Source: an uncultured Chloroflexia bacterium
Lineage (GTDB): Bacteria > Chloroflexota > Limnocylindria > Limnocylindrales > CSP1-4
DNA: 64,000 bases
Assembly: GCA_963713975.1 (NCBI GenBank)
Contig: OY970218.1
Span: 1,248,001 to 1,312,000 of the forward strand
Reading direction: 5' to 3'
Shown piece after piece: positions 17,358 through 26,673 of this stretch. The notes under the pieces were generated by a model. It saw only the letters and a program-made list of their open reading frames with translations. It did not search any database and was not told the DNA's origin. The translations under genes and the position numbers were made by a program. Numbering within the stretch: the stretch's first letter is position 1; each line of letters starts with the position of its first letter.

Positions 17358-17409
17358 AGGGACTCCTGGGTCCGGCGACGCCCAAGCGGCGTGCCGGGCC
17401 CGGGGCCCT
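17358..17409 (+). other. Long G-U-rich stem-loop between the Ubl and E2 genes
   Basis: 13-bp stem with three G-U pairs plus inner and outer helices; preceded by a GGC-TTCG-GCC tetraloop. Confidence 0.6.
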
Positions 17410-17448
17410 TTGGGTCACCGAAACGCCTCAGAAAGGAGCTCACGCAAC

Positions 17449-18219
17449 ATGCAGTCGCGCACGTACCTGCGCATCGAAGGCGATCTGGTGAGCCTGATCA
17501 GCGAGGTCATCGACCGTGAGGTCGCGCTTCCGGATCTCCTGGCCGAGCTCACCACCAACCAAGTTCAGCTGAGCCCGAGGCTGCCAACCGGCTGCCGCTT
17601 CTGGTTCCGTGCCGGGTCGACGGGCCGTACGGTCTTCGTCACCGAGCAGGCCCCGATGCGGCGGACGATCGAGTACCAGACGAGCCGGCGACCGGCGGGC
17701 GAGCCGATCACGTATCGGATCGCCCTGCCGTACGTCGTGTTCGTGGTCTCGACCTATGGCGAGCAGATCGAGGGCCTCGCGACCTACTTCCGACCGGCGC
17801 CCCTGCGCTCGATCGACGATGGGCTGTGCTGCTCGACCCTGCCGAACACGGACGACGATGGGACCGTCTGTCTCGGCTCGGTCAGGGTCAGCGGCGCCAC
17901 CGTTGGCGAACGCGTGGACGCCCTCGTCGGTGCGTTCTGGGCGAGTCGCTTCAATCAGGACCTGCGACGCCATCCGCTCTCGTTCCCCGGTGGCTTCCGG
18001 GCCTGGGCGGCTCGTTCGCGACGGGATCCCCTCGCGGCCCTCTCGATGGCCTACGACCCCTATTGGCGGACCCTCCGCCAGGTCACAGCGCAGATGGCCG
18101 GCGTGGCTCCCACGGACCTGCCGGCGGTCACGCCGATCCCCAGCGAGGCGCCCGAGACCGACGTCCGGACGCCAGACCCGGTGGTCGAGGGAGGTGAGGC
18201 AGATGACCTCGCTGCCTGA
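17449..18219 (+). CDS. Prokaryotic E2-like protein (Prok-E2 family D / PRTRC protein B-like)
   Basis: IALPYVVF, LPNTDDDGTVCLG with putative catalytic Cys, FWASRFN; AAGGAG RBS. Confidence 0.8.
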   Translation: MQSRTYLRIEGDLVSLISEVIDREVALPDLLAELTTNQVQLSPRLPTGCRFWFRAGSTGRTVFVTEQAPMRRTIEYQTSRRPAGEPITYRIALPYVVFVVSTYGEQIEGLATYFRPAPLRSIDDGLCCSTLPNTDDDGTVCLGSVRVSGATVGERVDALVGAFWASRFNQDLRRHPLSFPGGFRAWAARSRRDPLAALSMAYDPYWRTLRQVTAQMAGVAPTDLPAVTPIPSEAPETDVRTPDPVVEGGEADDLAA

Positions 18220-18466
18220 CACCATCCGGGGACTGCCGGTCGCCCGACCGAGCGATCTCGGGAGCCTGCTGGCGCCGCATCTCAGGGTCGCCGATCCTGA
18301 GAACCCGCTCGTCGGGCTCGAAGCGTCGGCCCTGGCGATCGCGGTGGCGATCCTCAAGGCATCCGGACGAGTCCTGCGCGAGGAGCTGACCCGCGAGCGA
18401 TCGCGGTCCCGCGAACTCGAGCACCTCGTCTACCGCCTGCCGGTGGCCGAGCGGGAGGGGGACTGA
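18203..18466 (+). CDS. Hypothetical 87-aa protein within the Ubl operon
   Basis: GGAGG RBS; overlaps the E2 stop and ends 1 nt before the JAB ATG. Confidence 0.7.
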   Translation: MTSLPDTIRGLPVARPSDLGSLLAPHLRVADPENPLVGLEASALAIAVAILKASGRVLREELTRERSRSRELEHLVYRLPVAEREGD

Positions 18467-18467
18467 C

Positions 18468-19301
18468 ATGTTCCCGATCCTTCCTGCGGGCTCACCGGCG
18501 GCGGCCGACACCTCGCTGCCGGCCTTCCTCGTCGCCCATGACGGGCTGTATCTGCGCAAGCGGAGCCTGCTCGGTGTGAGCCAGACGAGGGTCAATGGGG
18601 CCGAGCATCTGCCCCCTGCGACGGAGTACGTCGAGTACGCGCTGCCGAGGATCTCAGCGGACCAGATGGCCCGCGTCGTCGGCTTCTTCCGCTCCATCTA
18701 CCGGGCGCAGCGGACCGAGGCGCTCGTCCTCCTGCTCTGGGCGGGCGAGGGCTTCGAGCTGTTCGTCCCGGACCAGAAGGTGAGCCCCGCCTCGGTGAGC
18801 CACACGCTCGACGCGGCGAGACTGCCGGCCGGATCCCGCGTCGTCGGGTCGATCCACTCTCACGGTGCCTTCGGCGCCCCGGCGAGTGCGATCGACGAAG
18901 ACGACGAGGCGGAGTTCGACGGGCTGCACATCGTCGTCGGGCGCTTCGATCGGCGTCCGTCCTATTCGGCGGCCATCGCCGTCGACGGACGCCGCTTCCG
19001 TATTCCAGTGGCCGATGTCCTGGAACGGCCCCGGAGGCTCGTCGAGCCGCCGGAGGAGTGGTGTCAGCGAGTGACACTCCTGCCGCCGCCGCGGCCGTCG
19101 AAGGACAAGGGCCACCGACCCTCGTCCACCGGCGCTCCGGTGCCGCTCCCTCATCGAGGGGCCCACCGGGTCAGCCGCGTCGATCTCGACGTGGCGCTCG
19201 CCCGGGCGGATGGCCTGGCCTCACAGCTTGGGCTCCACCTCAGCTTCTCGCTCGCCCCGGTCTCCGGGTCGGGTCGGAAGGTGGGTGGCGCCGATGCCTG
19301 A
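18468..19301 (+). CDS. JAB/JAMM (MPN) metallo-isopeptidase
   Basis: TEAL...GSIHSHGAFGAPASAID matches E-xn-HSH-x7-S-x2-D. Confidence 0.9.
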   Translation: MFPILPAGSPAAADTSLPAFLVAHDGLYLRKRSLLGVSQTRVNGAEHLPPATEYVEYALPRISADQMARVVGFFRSIYRAQRTEALVLLLWAGEGFELFVPDQKVSPASVSHTLDAARLPAGSRVVGSIHSHGAFGAPASAIDEDDEAEFDGLHIVVGRFDRRPSYSAAIAVDGRRFRIPVADVLERPRRLVEPPEEWCQRVTLLPPPRPSKDKGHRPSSTGAPVPLPHRGAHRVSRVDLDVALARADGLASQLGLHLSFSLAPVSGSGRKVGGADA

Positions 19302-19995
19302 CCGGGTCGTGCTCATCGGCCTCGGCGGCATCGGGAGCCAGCTCGCACCCTCGCTCGTCCGATACCTCTCATTCCGCCCGGAGCCGCGCCCGCTCCTGGT
19401 CCTCGTCGACGGTGACGCCTACGAGATCTCGAACCGGTCGCGGCAACTCTTCCCCGATGACGCCCTGGGCACGAACAAGGCCGAGGCCTTGGCCCAGGTG
19501 TTCCGCGGGGGTGGGCTTGCGGTCCAGGCGATCGCCGGGTACGTGAGCGCCGACAACGTCGGGCTCGTCGTCCGCGAAGGGGACGTCTGTCTCCTCGCGG
19601 TCGACAACCACCCGACGCGGGCGCTCGTCGACCGGCACATCGCCGCTCTTTCGGACGTGACGCTCATCAGCGGTGGCAACGACGAGACGGACGGCAACGT
19701 CCAGCTCGTCCGTCGCCGCGACGGGTACAGCGTCGATGGCCACCTGGTCGAGATCCACCCGGAGATCGGCCAGGCGGCAGGTGCAGACGTCATGCCGGGT
19801 ACCGGCTGTGCGGCCCTCGCGCCCATTCGGCCCCAGCTCGTCGTGACCAATCTGATGGTCGCAAGCGCGATGCTCAACTGCCTCTGGGCGGTCACCGAGC
19901 AGGGCAGCGTCCCCTACAGCGAGGTCTACCTCGACGTGGTCCATAACGCGGCGCGTAGCCGCAGCTGGCTCCGCGTCCAGGACGGCGCGCAGTAG
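19294..19995 (+). CDS. ThiF/E1-like adenylyltransferase
   Basis: IGLGGIGS, VDGD, SNRSRQ, NKAEAL, AVDN, GCAAL...QLVVTN; no Zn-binding CxxC pairs. Confidence 0.92.
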   Translation: MPDRVVLIGLGGIGSQLAPSLVRYLSFRPEPRPLLVLVDGDAYEISNRSRQLFPDDALGTNKAEALAQVFRGGGLAVQAIAGYVSADNVGLVVREGDVCLLAVDNHPTRALVDRHIAALSDVTLISGGNDETDGNVQLVRRRDGYSVDGHLVEIHPEIGQAAGADVMPGTGCAALAPIRPQLVVTNLMVASAMLNCLWAVTEQGSVPYSEVYLDVVHNAARSRSWLRVQDGAQ

Positions 19996-20239
19996 GGGAA
20001 TGTGGAGTCAACAGGTGCAATAGCCTGCCGGGGATGCGCCATGCGGCGCTCCCCGGCCGAACCATCTCTGCGGCTCGAAGTGCTGGAGCTGTGGTCAGGG
20101 CGTCTATGTGCGATCCGGCCCCGACGGCCTCCGCTACCTCCTCCAGGAGGTCGACCTGCCAGTCATCGAGGCTGCCTGGGCGGAGTCCAACGCCCGGGAC
20201 TAGACGCGCACCCACTCAGGCGCAGCTGACACTCCCGCC

Positions 20240-20764
20240 ATGACAGCGGCGACCATGTTCACGATCGGCTACCAGGGCTCGTCCCTAGAACACCTGATCG
20301 ACGCGCTCGCGGCCGCGGACGTCTCGGTGCTCGTGGACACCCGCGAGACGCCGATGAGCCGGCGGGCCGAGTTCCGACCCAAGATGCTCCAGGCGGCGCT
20401 CGCCGAGGCTGGCATTGAGTACCGCTCCATCCGAGCGCTCGGTGCGCCGAAGGCGCTGCGGGCTCTGGCGACGGACGACTGGGTCAGGTTCGCTGACGGC
20501 TACCGCGAGCGCCTACTCCTCGCCCGGGAAGAGCTCCATGACCTGGTGCCCCTGATCGAGACCGAGCGCGTCTGCCTGCTCTGCTTCGAGGCCGACCCCG
20601 AAGCCTGCCACCGGTCGCTGCTCGCCCATGAGATCCAGGGACTCCTGGACGAAGCCGCCGTCCATCACCTTCGGCCGGGGCGGCCGGACGAGGCCGATGA
20701 TCTCGAACGTGCGGCGCCGCTTGGCGAGGTTGCCAACCACGAAGTGCAGGTCGCGGGCCGGTAG
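20240..20764 (+). CDS. DUF488 family protein
   Basis: FTIGYQG, LVDTRETPMSR, CLLCFE, CHRS. Confidence 0.9.
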   Translation: MTAATMFTIGYQGSSLEHLIDALAAADVSVLVDTRETPMSRRAEFRPKMLQAALAEAGIEYRSIRALGAPKALRALATDDWVRFADGYRERLLLAREELHDLVPLIETERVCLLCFEADPEACHRSLLAHEIQGLLDEAAVHHLRPGRPDEADDLERAAPLGEVANHEVQVAGR

Positions 20765-21448
20765 CTCGATCTCGTACCGCTCGCGAAGCTTCTCCTCCCA
20801 GCGGTCACCGTACTCGCGCACCCACCGGCGGTACGACTCGCCGATCTCCCAGTCGAGGATCCCGATCTCGTGGCCACGACAGCGGTCGTCGTTGCAGGTG
20901 AACTCGTAGGCGAACGACCACGGGATCTGCTCGAGGTCGGCGAGCTCGGCCAGCTCGGTCTCGCCCAGGCCAAGGCGTTGCTGGAGCAGCGCCGCGCGCT
21001 GGCGCTCACTCCACGGCTTCGCCTTCCGCTTCACGAGACGCGTGATCTCCTTTGGCCGGAACATGCCGAGGCTGGTCCCGTCTCGGCGCTGCGCTTCCTG
21101 GATCGCCTCGAGCGAGCGTGCCGGGGGCGGCAGCAGGGCCATCCGCCTTCGCCAGCCGCGGTCGCCAGCGGGCATCGGCCCGTCGAGGAGTGCGATCGTG
21201 TCTTGGTCGACATGGAGGCTCTCCGGGCGGTTGTCGCCGCGGGGTCGGCCGACGACACAGGTGATGACCTGGTACTTCGCGAACCTCTTGTCCGCGAGCC
21301 GGCGGAATGTGACCGGGTACATCCGCACCCACGACCGGGAGTCGAGGTCGACGCCAGCGCAGCAGACGGTCTCGACGTACGACTGGCTGGGGTTGGGATA
21401 CGTCTTGACAACGACCAGGATCCGCCGCTTCGGTGCCCCTGGAATCAC
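20513..21448 (-). CDS. Conserved hypothetical protein (KTYP...ETVCxAG family, possibly OB-fold)
   Basis: VKTYPNPS..YVETVCCAG, WVRMYP, DNRPES, LDWEIG, FEIIGL; AGGAGG RBS before GTG 21448. Confidence 0.78.
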   Translation of the reverse strand: MIPGAPKRRILVVVKTYPNPSQSYVETVCCAGVDLDSRSWVRMYPVTFRRLADKRFAKYQVITCVVGRPRGDNRPESLHVDQDTIALLDGPMPAGDRGWRRRMALLPPPARSLEAIQEAQRRDGTSLGMFRPKEITRLVKRKAKPWSERQRAALLQQRLGLGETELAELADLEQIPWSFAYEFTCNDDRCRGHEIGILDWEIGESYRRWVREYGDRWEEKLRERYEIELPARDLHFVVGNLAKRRRTFEIIGLVRPPRPKVMDGGFVQESLDLMGEQRPVAGFGVGLEAEQADALGLDQGHQVMELFPGEE

Positions 21449-22143
21449 GCCCACCTCCTATCGACGGTGCGAGCCACCATGGGCTCCAGAGTAGGGCCGC
21501 CGGCGGCCGCTCTGCCTCGAGATCGATCCAGCGAGCACCTTCGCTCGGAACTGGTCGTCGCGTCGAAGACGCTTGATGAAGCAACGGCCGCGACGTGCTC
21601 GGCAAGTTGCCGCCGTCGATCCGCCAGGATGGCGTCCGCCTGAGCTGATCCAGCCTGGGGATCGTCGCGCAGATGTACAGGCACAGGCGCGAACATGCGA
21701 TCCATGATCAGCCCGCCGCGCTCGGCGTCCGCTCCTGACGCCGGCCCATTGTGCTCCTCGGCCATGCTGAAGTTGGACGCGCCCGCAGGTGCTGCGCAGG
21801 TTCTCCATCGCAGTGGAATCTCCTGCGATGTGGTCGATTTCGGGCGCGGGATCTCCGCAGATCACGCACCTGTGCTCGTCCCGGCTGAAGACCTGTTCCC
21901 GGATCGTTGCAGGCCCCGGCGCTGGGTCTCGTGGTAGCCGCCGGCGAGGATGTGGGCGAGCCTCCTCCGCCAGGCATCCTCGATCCTCGGATCCGCTAGC
22001 CAGCGGCCGTCGGCGATGGTGGCGCGCGCATAGCGAATCAGCTTGACCGTCTGGCGGCACGCGGGCGAGCAGTAGAGCTTGGCCCGGCCCGTGAGCTCGA
22101 TCGGCGCACCGCACTCGACGCACTCGACGACGACCGGTCGCAT
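21445..22143 (-). pseudogene. Frameshifted zinc-binding HNH endonuclease
   Basis: Split over three frames: CVECG...YCSPAC, then VFSRDEHRCVICG...EIDHI...ENLRSTC, then a C-terminal piece. Confidence 0.7.
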
Positions 22144-22474
22144 GAGGTCGTCCACGACCGTGATCACTCGAGCGTCGAGTCCTGGTTCCACGTGCTCATA
22201 GTCGCGGACCACGGACGAGGCGGAAAGGGCGCGGAAGTACCAACGCGCCGACGGCGCCGGAGAGACATCCCGCAGAGGCACGGCGCGGAAGCGCGCGCAA
22301 TCTTCCTCACCTCCTGCCCCCTGTCAAGGGACAGGTGAATCTGGACGGAGACGGTCACGAGATCTGGACGCTGGCGGACGCCGGAGCTGGACGCTGGCGG
22401 CCATGAGAACTGGACACCGTCCGTTCTCTCTCCCTCGGTGACGCTGAGTGGAGTCGCGCTGCGTCCAGCGGGCG

Positions 22475-23365
22475 TCAGCCGCCCTCGCCCGCGGACAGGG
22501 CCTGGACCCCGCGCCCGTCGAGCGCCTCGGCGAGGCGATGTGACCGGCCCTCGGTGACGATGACGTGGGCGTGGTGGAGCAGCCGGTCGACCGCTGCGGT
22601 GGCCAGGCCCTTGGGGAAGATGGTGTCGAAGCGGGCCGGGTGGAGGTTCGAGGTCAGGATCAGCGAGCGCTTCTCGTACGCCGCGTCGACGAGACGGTAG
22701 AGGGCCTCGGCCTCGTCCGCCCCGGCGGGCAGGAGGCCGATGTCATCGATCACGACCAGCTCCGAGCGCACGATCCGCTCGACGACCTTGCCGGTGGTGG
22801 CGTCGATCCGCGACCGGGCGATGGTGGCGGTCAGGGTCTCGAGGCTGAACCAGCTGACCCGCAGGTCGCGGTCGATCGCGGCATGGGCGATCGCCTCGGC
22901 GAAGTGGCTCTTGCCGGTCCCTGACGGTCCGACCAGGACGAGGTTTTCGGCGCGCCCGATCCAGTCGAGGCTCCGGAGCGCCCATTGGGCGTCGCCCGGG
23001 ATCGCCGAGGCCGCAGGATCCCAGGCATCGAACGTCTTGCCCGAGGGCAGCCTCGCTGCCTTGCGGTGGAGCTCCCGGGTCGACCGGTCGCGGCCGGCCG
23101 CCTCCTCCGCGAGCAGGACCTTGAGCACCCGGGCATGGTCCCAGCCCTCGTCGCGCGCCCGGGCCAGGACCGCGGGTCCCGCCAGCCGGACGTAGCGCAG
23201 GCGGAGCCTGTGGAGCAGCCGTGCGATATCGGGCGGCAGCGGCGGTGGCGCGACCGGCTGCAGGCGGGGTGGCAGCTCGCGCCATTGGGCGAACTCGTCG
23301 GCGGCCTCGGCGCCCTGGAGCCGGCTGCGGGTCTCGTAGGCATCGTGCGACGGGCCGCCGGTCAC
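22475..23365 (-). CDS. istB: IS21 helper ATPase IstB
   Basis: GPSGTGKSH, LVVIDDIG, LTSN, AAVDRLLHH, GRSHR. Confidence 0.95.
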   Translation of the reverse strand: MTGGPSHDAYETRSRLQGAEAADEFAQWRELPPRLQPVAPPPLPPDIARLLHRLRLRYVRLAGPAVLARARDEGWDHARVLKVLLAEEAAGRDRSTRELHRKAARLPSGKTFDAWDPAASAIPGDAQWALRSLDWIGRAENLVLVGPSGTGKSHFAEAIAHAAIDRDLRVSWFSLETLTATIARSRIDATTGKVVERIVRSELVVIDDIGLLPAGADEAEALYRLVDAAYEKRSLILTSNLHPARFDTIFPKGLATAAVDRLLHHAHVIVTEGRSHRLAEALDGRGVQALSAGEGG

Positions 23366-24858
23366 CGGCCCAGGTCCTCCCAAGCGCCCGTGCCCGGTTG
23401 GAGCGTGTCATCGGCGTCACCCGATCCGAGGCGCTCGCCCGCCCGGTCGCCCATGAGCCGGCGGTGGTCGAGGATCGACTCGAGGTCGCCCTCGGCGAAG
23501 CGGCCCGCCTCGGCCGCGAGGGCCAGGGCCTCGTCGACCGGGACGGCACCGACGAGGGCGGCAAGCTCGGTCGCCCGGCGCATCTTGGTCCGGATCCGCT
23601 CGGTGCCCGAGGCGGCGGCGAGGATCAGCCAGCGCTCGGCACCCTCGCCGAGCCCGAGGAACGCGGTCTCCTCGGGGCTCACGGCCCGCGGCCGCGGGTT
23701 GAGCGGATCGGTCGTGCGCTCGGGATAGTGGGCCGGATCGATCCGGGGGTTGCCGGGCGTCGTGAGCGGGTGGCGGGCGACCTCGCGGGCTCCCGGCGGT
23801 CCCTGGTGGACGACGACGAGCTCGTCGCCGTCGACCCGCACCCAGACCCGCTCGCCGACGAGCTTGTGCGGCACCGAGTAGCGGGCGGAGCCGTGGCGGA
23901 CCGTCGACTCGTCGTCGACGACCCGGGTCAGCCCGAAGGCGACCGTGTACGGCTCGACGGGGACGGGGTGGAGCCGCCGGCGCTCGTCGGCGAGCAGCTC
24001 GAGGGGTGGCCGCCGGGTCTCGCGATGGGGGCGCTCGTTGACTTGCGTGCAGAACGCGGCGCAGGCGACCCGGAGGGCCGTGAACGAGGGGTAGGCCTCG
24101 AGCAGGTTCGCGTCGGTCGGGACCAGATCGGCCTTGGCGATCTTGACCGTGCTCTCCGAGCCGCCCTTGGACGCCGGGTCGGCCGGCACGCAGGCGTGGA
24201 TGACGAGCCCGTAGTGGCGGGCGGCGGCGACGAGGATCGGGTGCTTCACCGCGATCCCGGCCACCCGGTCGACCGTGACCGTCCGCTCGTTGTCGGTGAG
24301 GGCGTACGTGGGGGCACCGCCGAACCGGCGGAGGGTCTCGTCGAGACAGGCGATCACGGTCGGCAGCGTCCGGTCCCAGGTCGGGATGATCACCCGGTAC
24401 CGGCTCCAGGCGAGCCAGGCGCACCACAGCAGCGTGTCGCGGCCGGCGATCACGGGACCCTTGCCCCAGTCGAACTGGAACCACATGCCGGGCTCGGGGA
24501 TCCAGGGTCGGAAGACGCGCCGGTGGCCCGCCGCATACGCGTGCTTGATGTCGGCGACTGCCCGTCGGGTGGTCCGCTCGGAGCCGTCGAAGCCGAGCGC
24601 GAGCAGCTTCTCGTGGGCGATGTCGGCGCGGACCCGGCCATGGCTGCGCTCGACCCACTCCTCGAGCTTGGCGAGGTACGGATCGACGATCTGGTCACGA
24701 CGCACCGGGTCAGGGGCGACCTGGCCTCGCTCGCGCAGTCGGACATAGCGGGCAACCGTCATCGGCGAGCAGCCGGTGAGGCGTGCCGCCTCGCGCAGGC
24801 TGCCCGTCAGGTCGAACGCCTCGAGGATCTCCACCACGTCTCCGGCATGCTTCACCAC
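23362..24858 (-). CDS. istA: IS21 DDE transposase IstA
   Basis: PGMWFQFDW, LTDN, PASKGGSE, HRET, YSVP. Confidence 0.95.
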   Translation of the reverse strand: MVKHAGDVVEILEAFDLTGSLREAARLTGCSPMTVARYVRLRERGQVAPDPVRRDQIVDPYLAKLEEWVERSHGRVRADIAHEKLLALGFDGSERTTRRAVADIKHAYAAGHRRVFRPWIPEPGMWFQFDWGKGPVIAGRDTLLWCAWLAWSRYRVIIPTWDRTLPTVIACLDETLRRFGGAPTYALTDNERTVTVDRVAGIAVKHPILVAAARHYGLVIHACVPADPASKGGSESTVKIAKADLVPTDANLLEAYPSFTALRVACAAFCTQVNERPHRETRRPPLELLADERRRLHPVPVEPYTVAFGLTRVVDDESTVRHGSARYSVPHKLVGERVWVRVDGDELVVVHQGPPGAREVARHPLTTPGNPRIDPAHYPERTTDPLNPRPRAVSPEETAFLGLGEGAERWLILAAASGTERIRTKMRRATELAALVGAVPVDEALALAAEAGRFAEGDLESILDHRRLMGDRAGERLGSGDADDTLQPGTGAWEDLGR

Positions 24859-25843
24859 GTCCCTCCTCTGCTCACCCTGGGTTGTCTCAGCAACCCCCAG
24901 CGTGCGTGGGGAGGGACGCTTGATGTTCACGGTGTCCGTGAGGGGACCGTGGGGCGGGCTGTCCAGATCGCGTGGCCGGCGGCGTTCAGATCTCGTGGCC
25001 GCCGGCGTCCAGCTTCCTGTCCGCCTGCGTCCAGATTCCCATGGCCGCTGTCACCCCCGGCCACCGTCGGTCGAGATCCCGAGCGCGATCCAGCTGTGGG
25101 ACCGAGCTCTCGATTGGATGTACACGAATACGTACGCGCCCCGAAGGGGCCGCTGAGCCTCGTCTTCCCCGGCAACTCCTAGTCACAACCTATTCAATCT
25201 CCAGGAGATTCATCTGGGGGGCTACAGGGAACGCCGCAGCCTCTCGCGGTAGCTGGTGCTCGACCGGGCCCACAGGGACAACGGCGAGCCACTCGGTCAC
25301 AGGCTGTAGCTGGGTCAGGGCGGCCAGGACGCGGTGCAAGTCGTAGGTCCGGCCTGCCGACCGCGGGCGCCGCGGTCACCGGAAGCTCCCGATGACACGA
25401 GGCTTGGGCGGCGGGGGTGGTTCGAGCATGGCCATGGCGATCGCGCGGACCATCGCGCCCGCCGCGGTGTTCAGTTCGACCCGCGACGAGCCGGCACCTG
25501 TCTGTGCGCGACCGTTGGGGTCAACTTCCTCGTCACGCCGGCGACGCTCCTGCACGCGCGGATTGGCGCGGTCAGCGGTATGGGGCCGTCGGTCGTGAAC
25601 GCCGTGGCTCCGTCAGCATCCGCGTGACGGCTCGGGCCGAGCGCTGGGGGCAAGGTCCCCGCCGCTGCGGACGGAAGCGCATGCGCTTCCCGATCGGGGA
25701 CCCGTCGGAGCGTGGGCAACCGACGGCGCACCTGCTCTGGGAGCTGGCGGCCCCGTGCGGGCAGGGCCGCGACCCTGAGCGTTGGACGTCCAGCGGTGCG
25801 GGCGTCGACGATCGTGCGCTTCGGAGCACACGAGTGTCCTGCA

Positions 25844-26578
25844 TCAAGAGGTGACGGAGGCCGCCGGCTGGGACCGGAGTTCAAGCCCGTCAAGCATCAG
25901 GTCGAGCCCGAATGCGAATTGCTCGTCGCTGGCGTGGAGGCCATCGTTCGCAAAGCGCAGGAGGAACGCCGTGTTGGCGGCGACTCGCGGGACGAGTTCC
26001 GGCGTGATGCCGCCCAGCGGGTCCGCGACGGCCCCGTCGTTGGGATGGAGGTCGTAGTCGGTCTCCGCCATCGAGTAGCCGAGCGTGTAGTTGGCCAGCG
26101 CATGAGCGAACCGGATCCCGGTCTCGTCCGGCAGGCCGACATCGCGGAGCGCGGCGATGATCGCGTCCGTCACGGGGATGACGGCCGGGAACACCGACGA
26201 GCGGTGGGCAAAGCACAGGGCGGCTGCGTGCGGGTGGGCGCGCAGCACACGGCGGAGCTCGAAGCCGGCGTGGCGGAGTCGCGCTCGCGGGGGCCAGTCA
26301 CCATCGGGCAGCGCCATCTCGGAGAGCACCACCTGGGCGACTCCGCGAAGCAGGTTGTCCTTGTCGGCAACATGCCGGTACAGGGCACGCGGCGTCACGC
26401 CGAGCCGCGTCGCCAGGGCCTGCATCGTGCACGCCCTGATCCCCTGTTCGTCGATGAGCTCGATTGCGGTCGCGAAGATCAGCGGCCGCCCAATCGCACG
26501 TCGGCGCACGCGCCGGTCATCCGTCGCGAGCAGGTCCCTGACATGGGTCACATGGGGCTTGACGACCGTGGCAGGCAT
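25844..26578 (-). CDS. TetR family regulator with TetR_C domain
   Basis: TMQALATRLGVTPRALYRHVADK, FAFGLDLMLDGL; leaderless TATAGT-N6-ATG. Confidence 0.92.
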   Translation of the reverse strand: MPATVVKPHVTHVRDLLATDDRRVRRRAIGRPLIFATAIELIDEQGIRACTMQALATRLGVTPRALYRHVADKDNLLRGVAQVVLSEMALPDGDWPPRARLRHAGFELRRVLRAHPHAAALCFAHRSSVFPAVIPVTDAIIAALRDVGLPDETGIRFAHALANYTLGYSMAETDYDLHPNDGAVADPLGGITPELVPRVAANTAFLLRFANDGLHASDEQFAFGLDLMLDGLELRSQPAASVTS

Positions 26579-26673
26579 GTGGCAACTATACGGCGGTCCG
26601 TGCTAAGTCCATCCGAGTGACTTAGCGGGATCACCCATTCGGGCAGGAATCGGGCAGGGAAGGAGTCGCGGGC

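Larger units (their letters stand above)
22322..25053 (-). mobile_element. IS21 family insertion sequence
   Basis: TG...CA ends, imperfect terminal IRs sharing GAATCTGGACG, multiple subterminal repeats, CCCCC duplicated at 22317-22321 and 25054-25058, istA-istB pair. Confidence 0.93.

Noticed and set aside
17094-19995. Thiamine or molybdopterin sulfur-carrier operon
   Set aside because: No thiG, moaE or cysM partner, and an E2-like gene with a catalytic Cys is present.
22322-22420. Repeated CTGGACG-containing units resembling a mini CRISPR array (also 24960-25053)
   Set aside because: They are the subterminal repeats of the IS21 ends; no unique spacers and no cas genes.
25190-25840. Short ORFs between IS21 and tetR
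   Set aside because: No consistent frame, RBS or motif; possibly decayed sequence.
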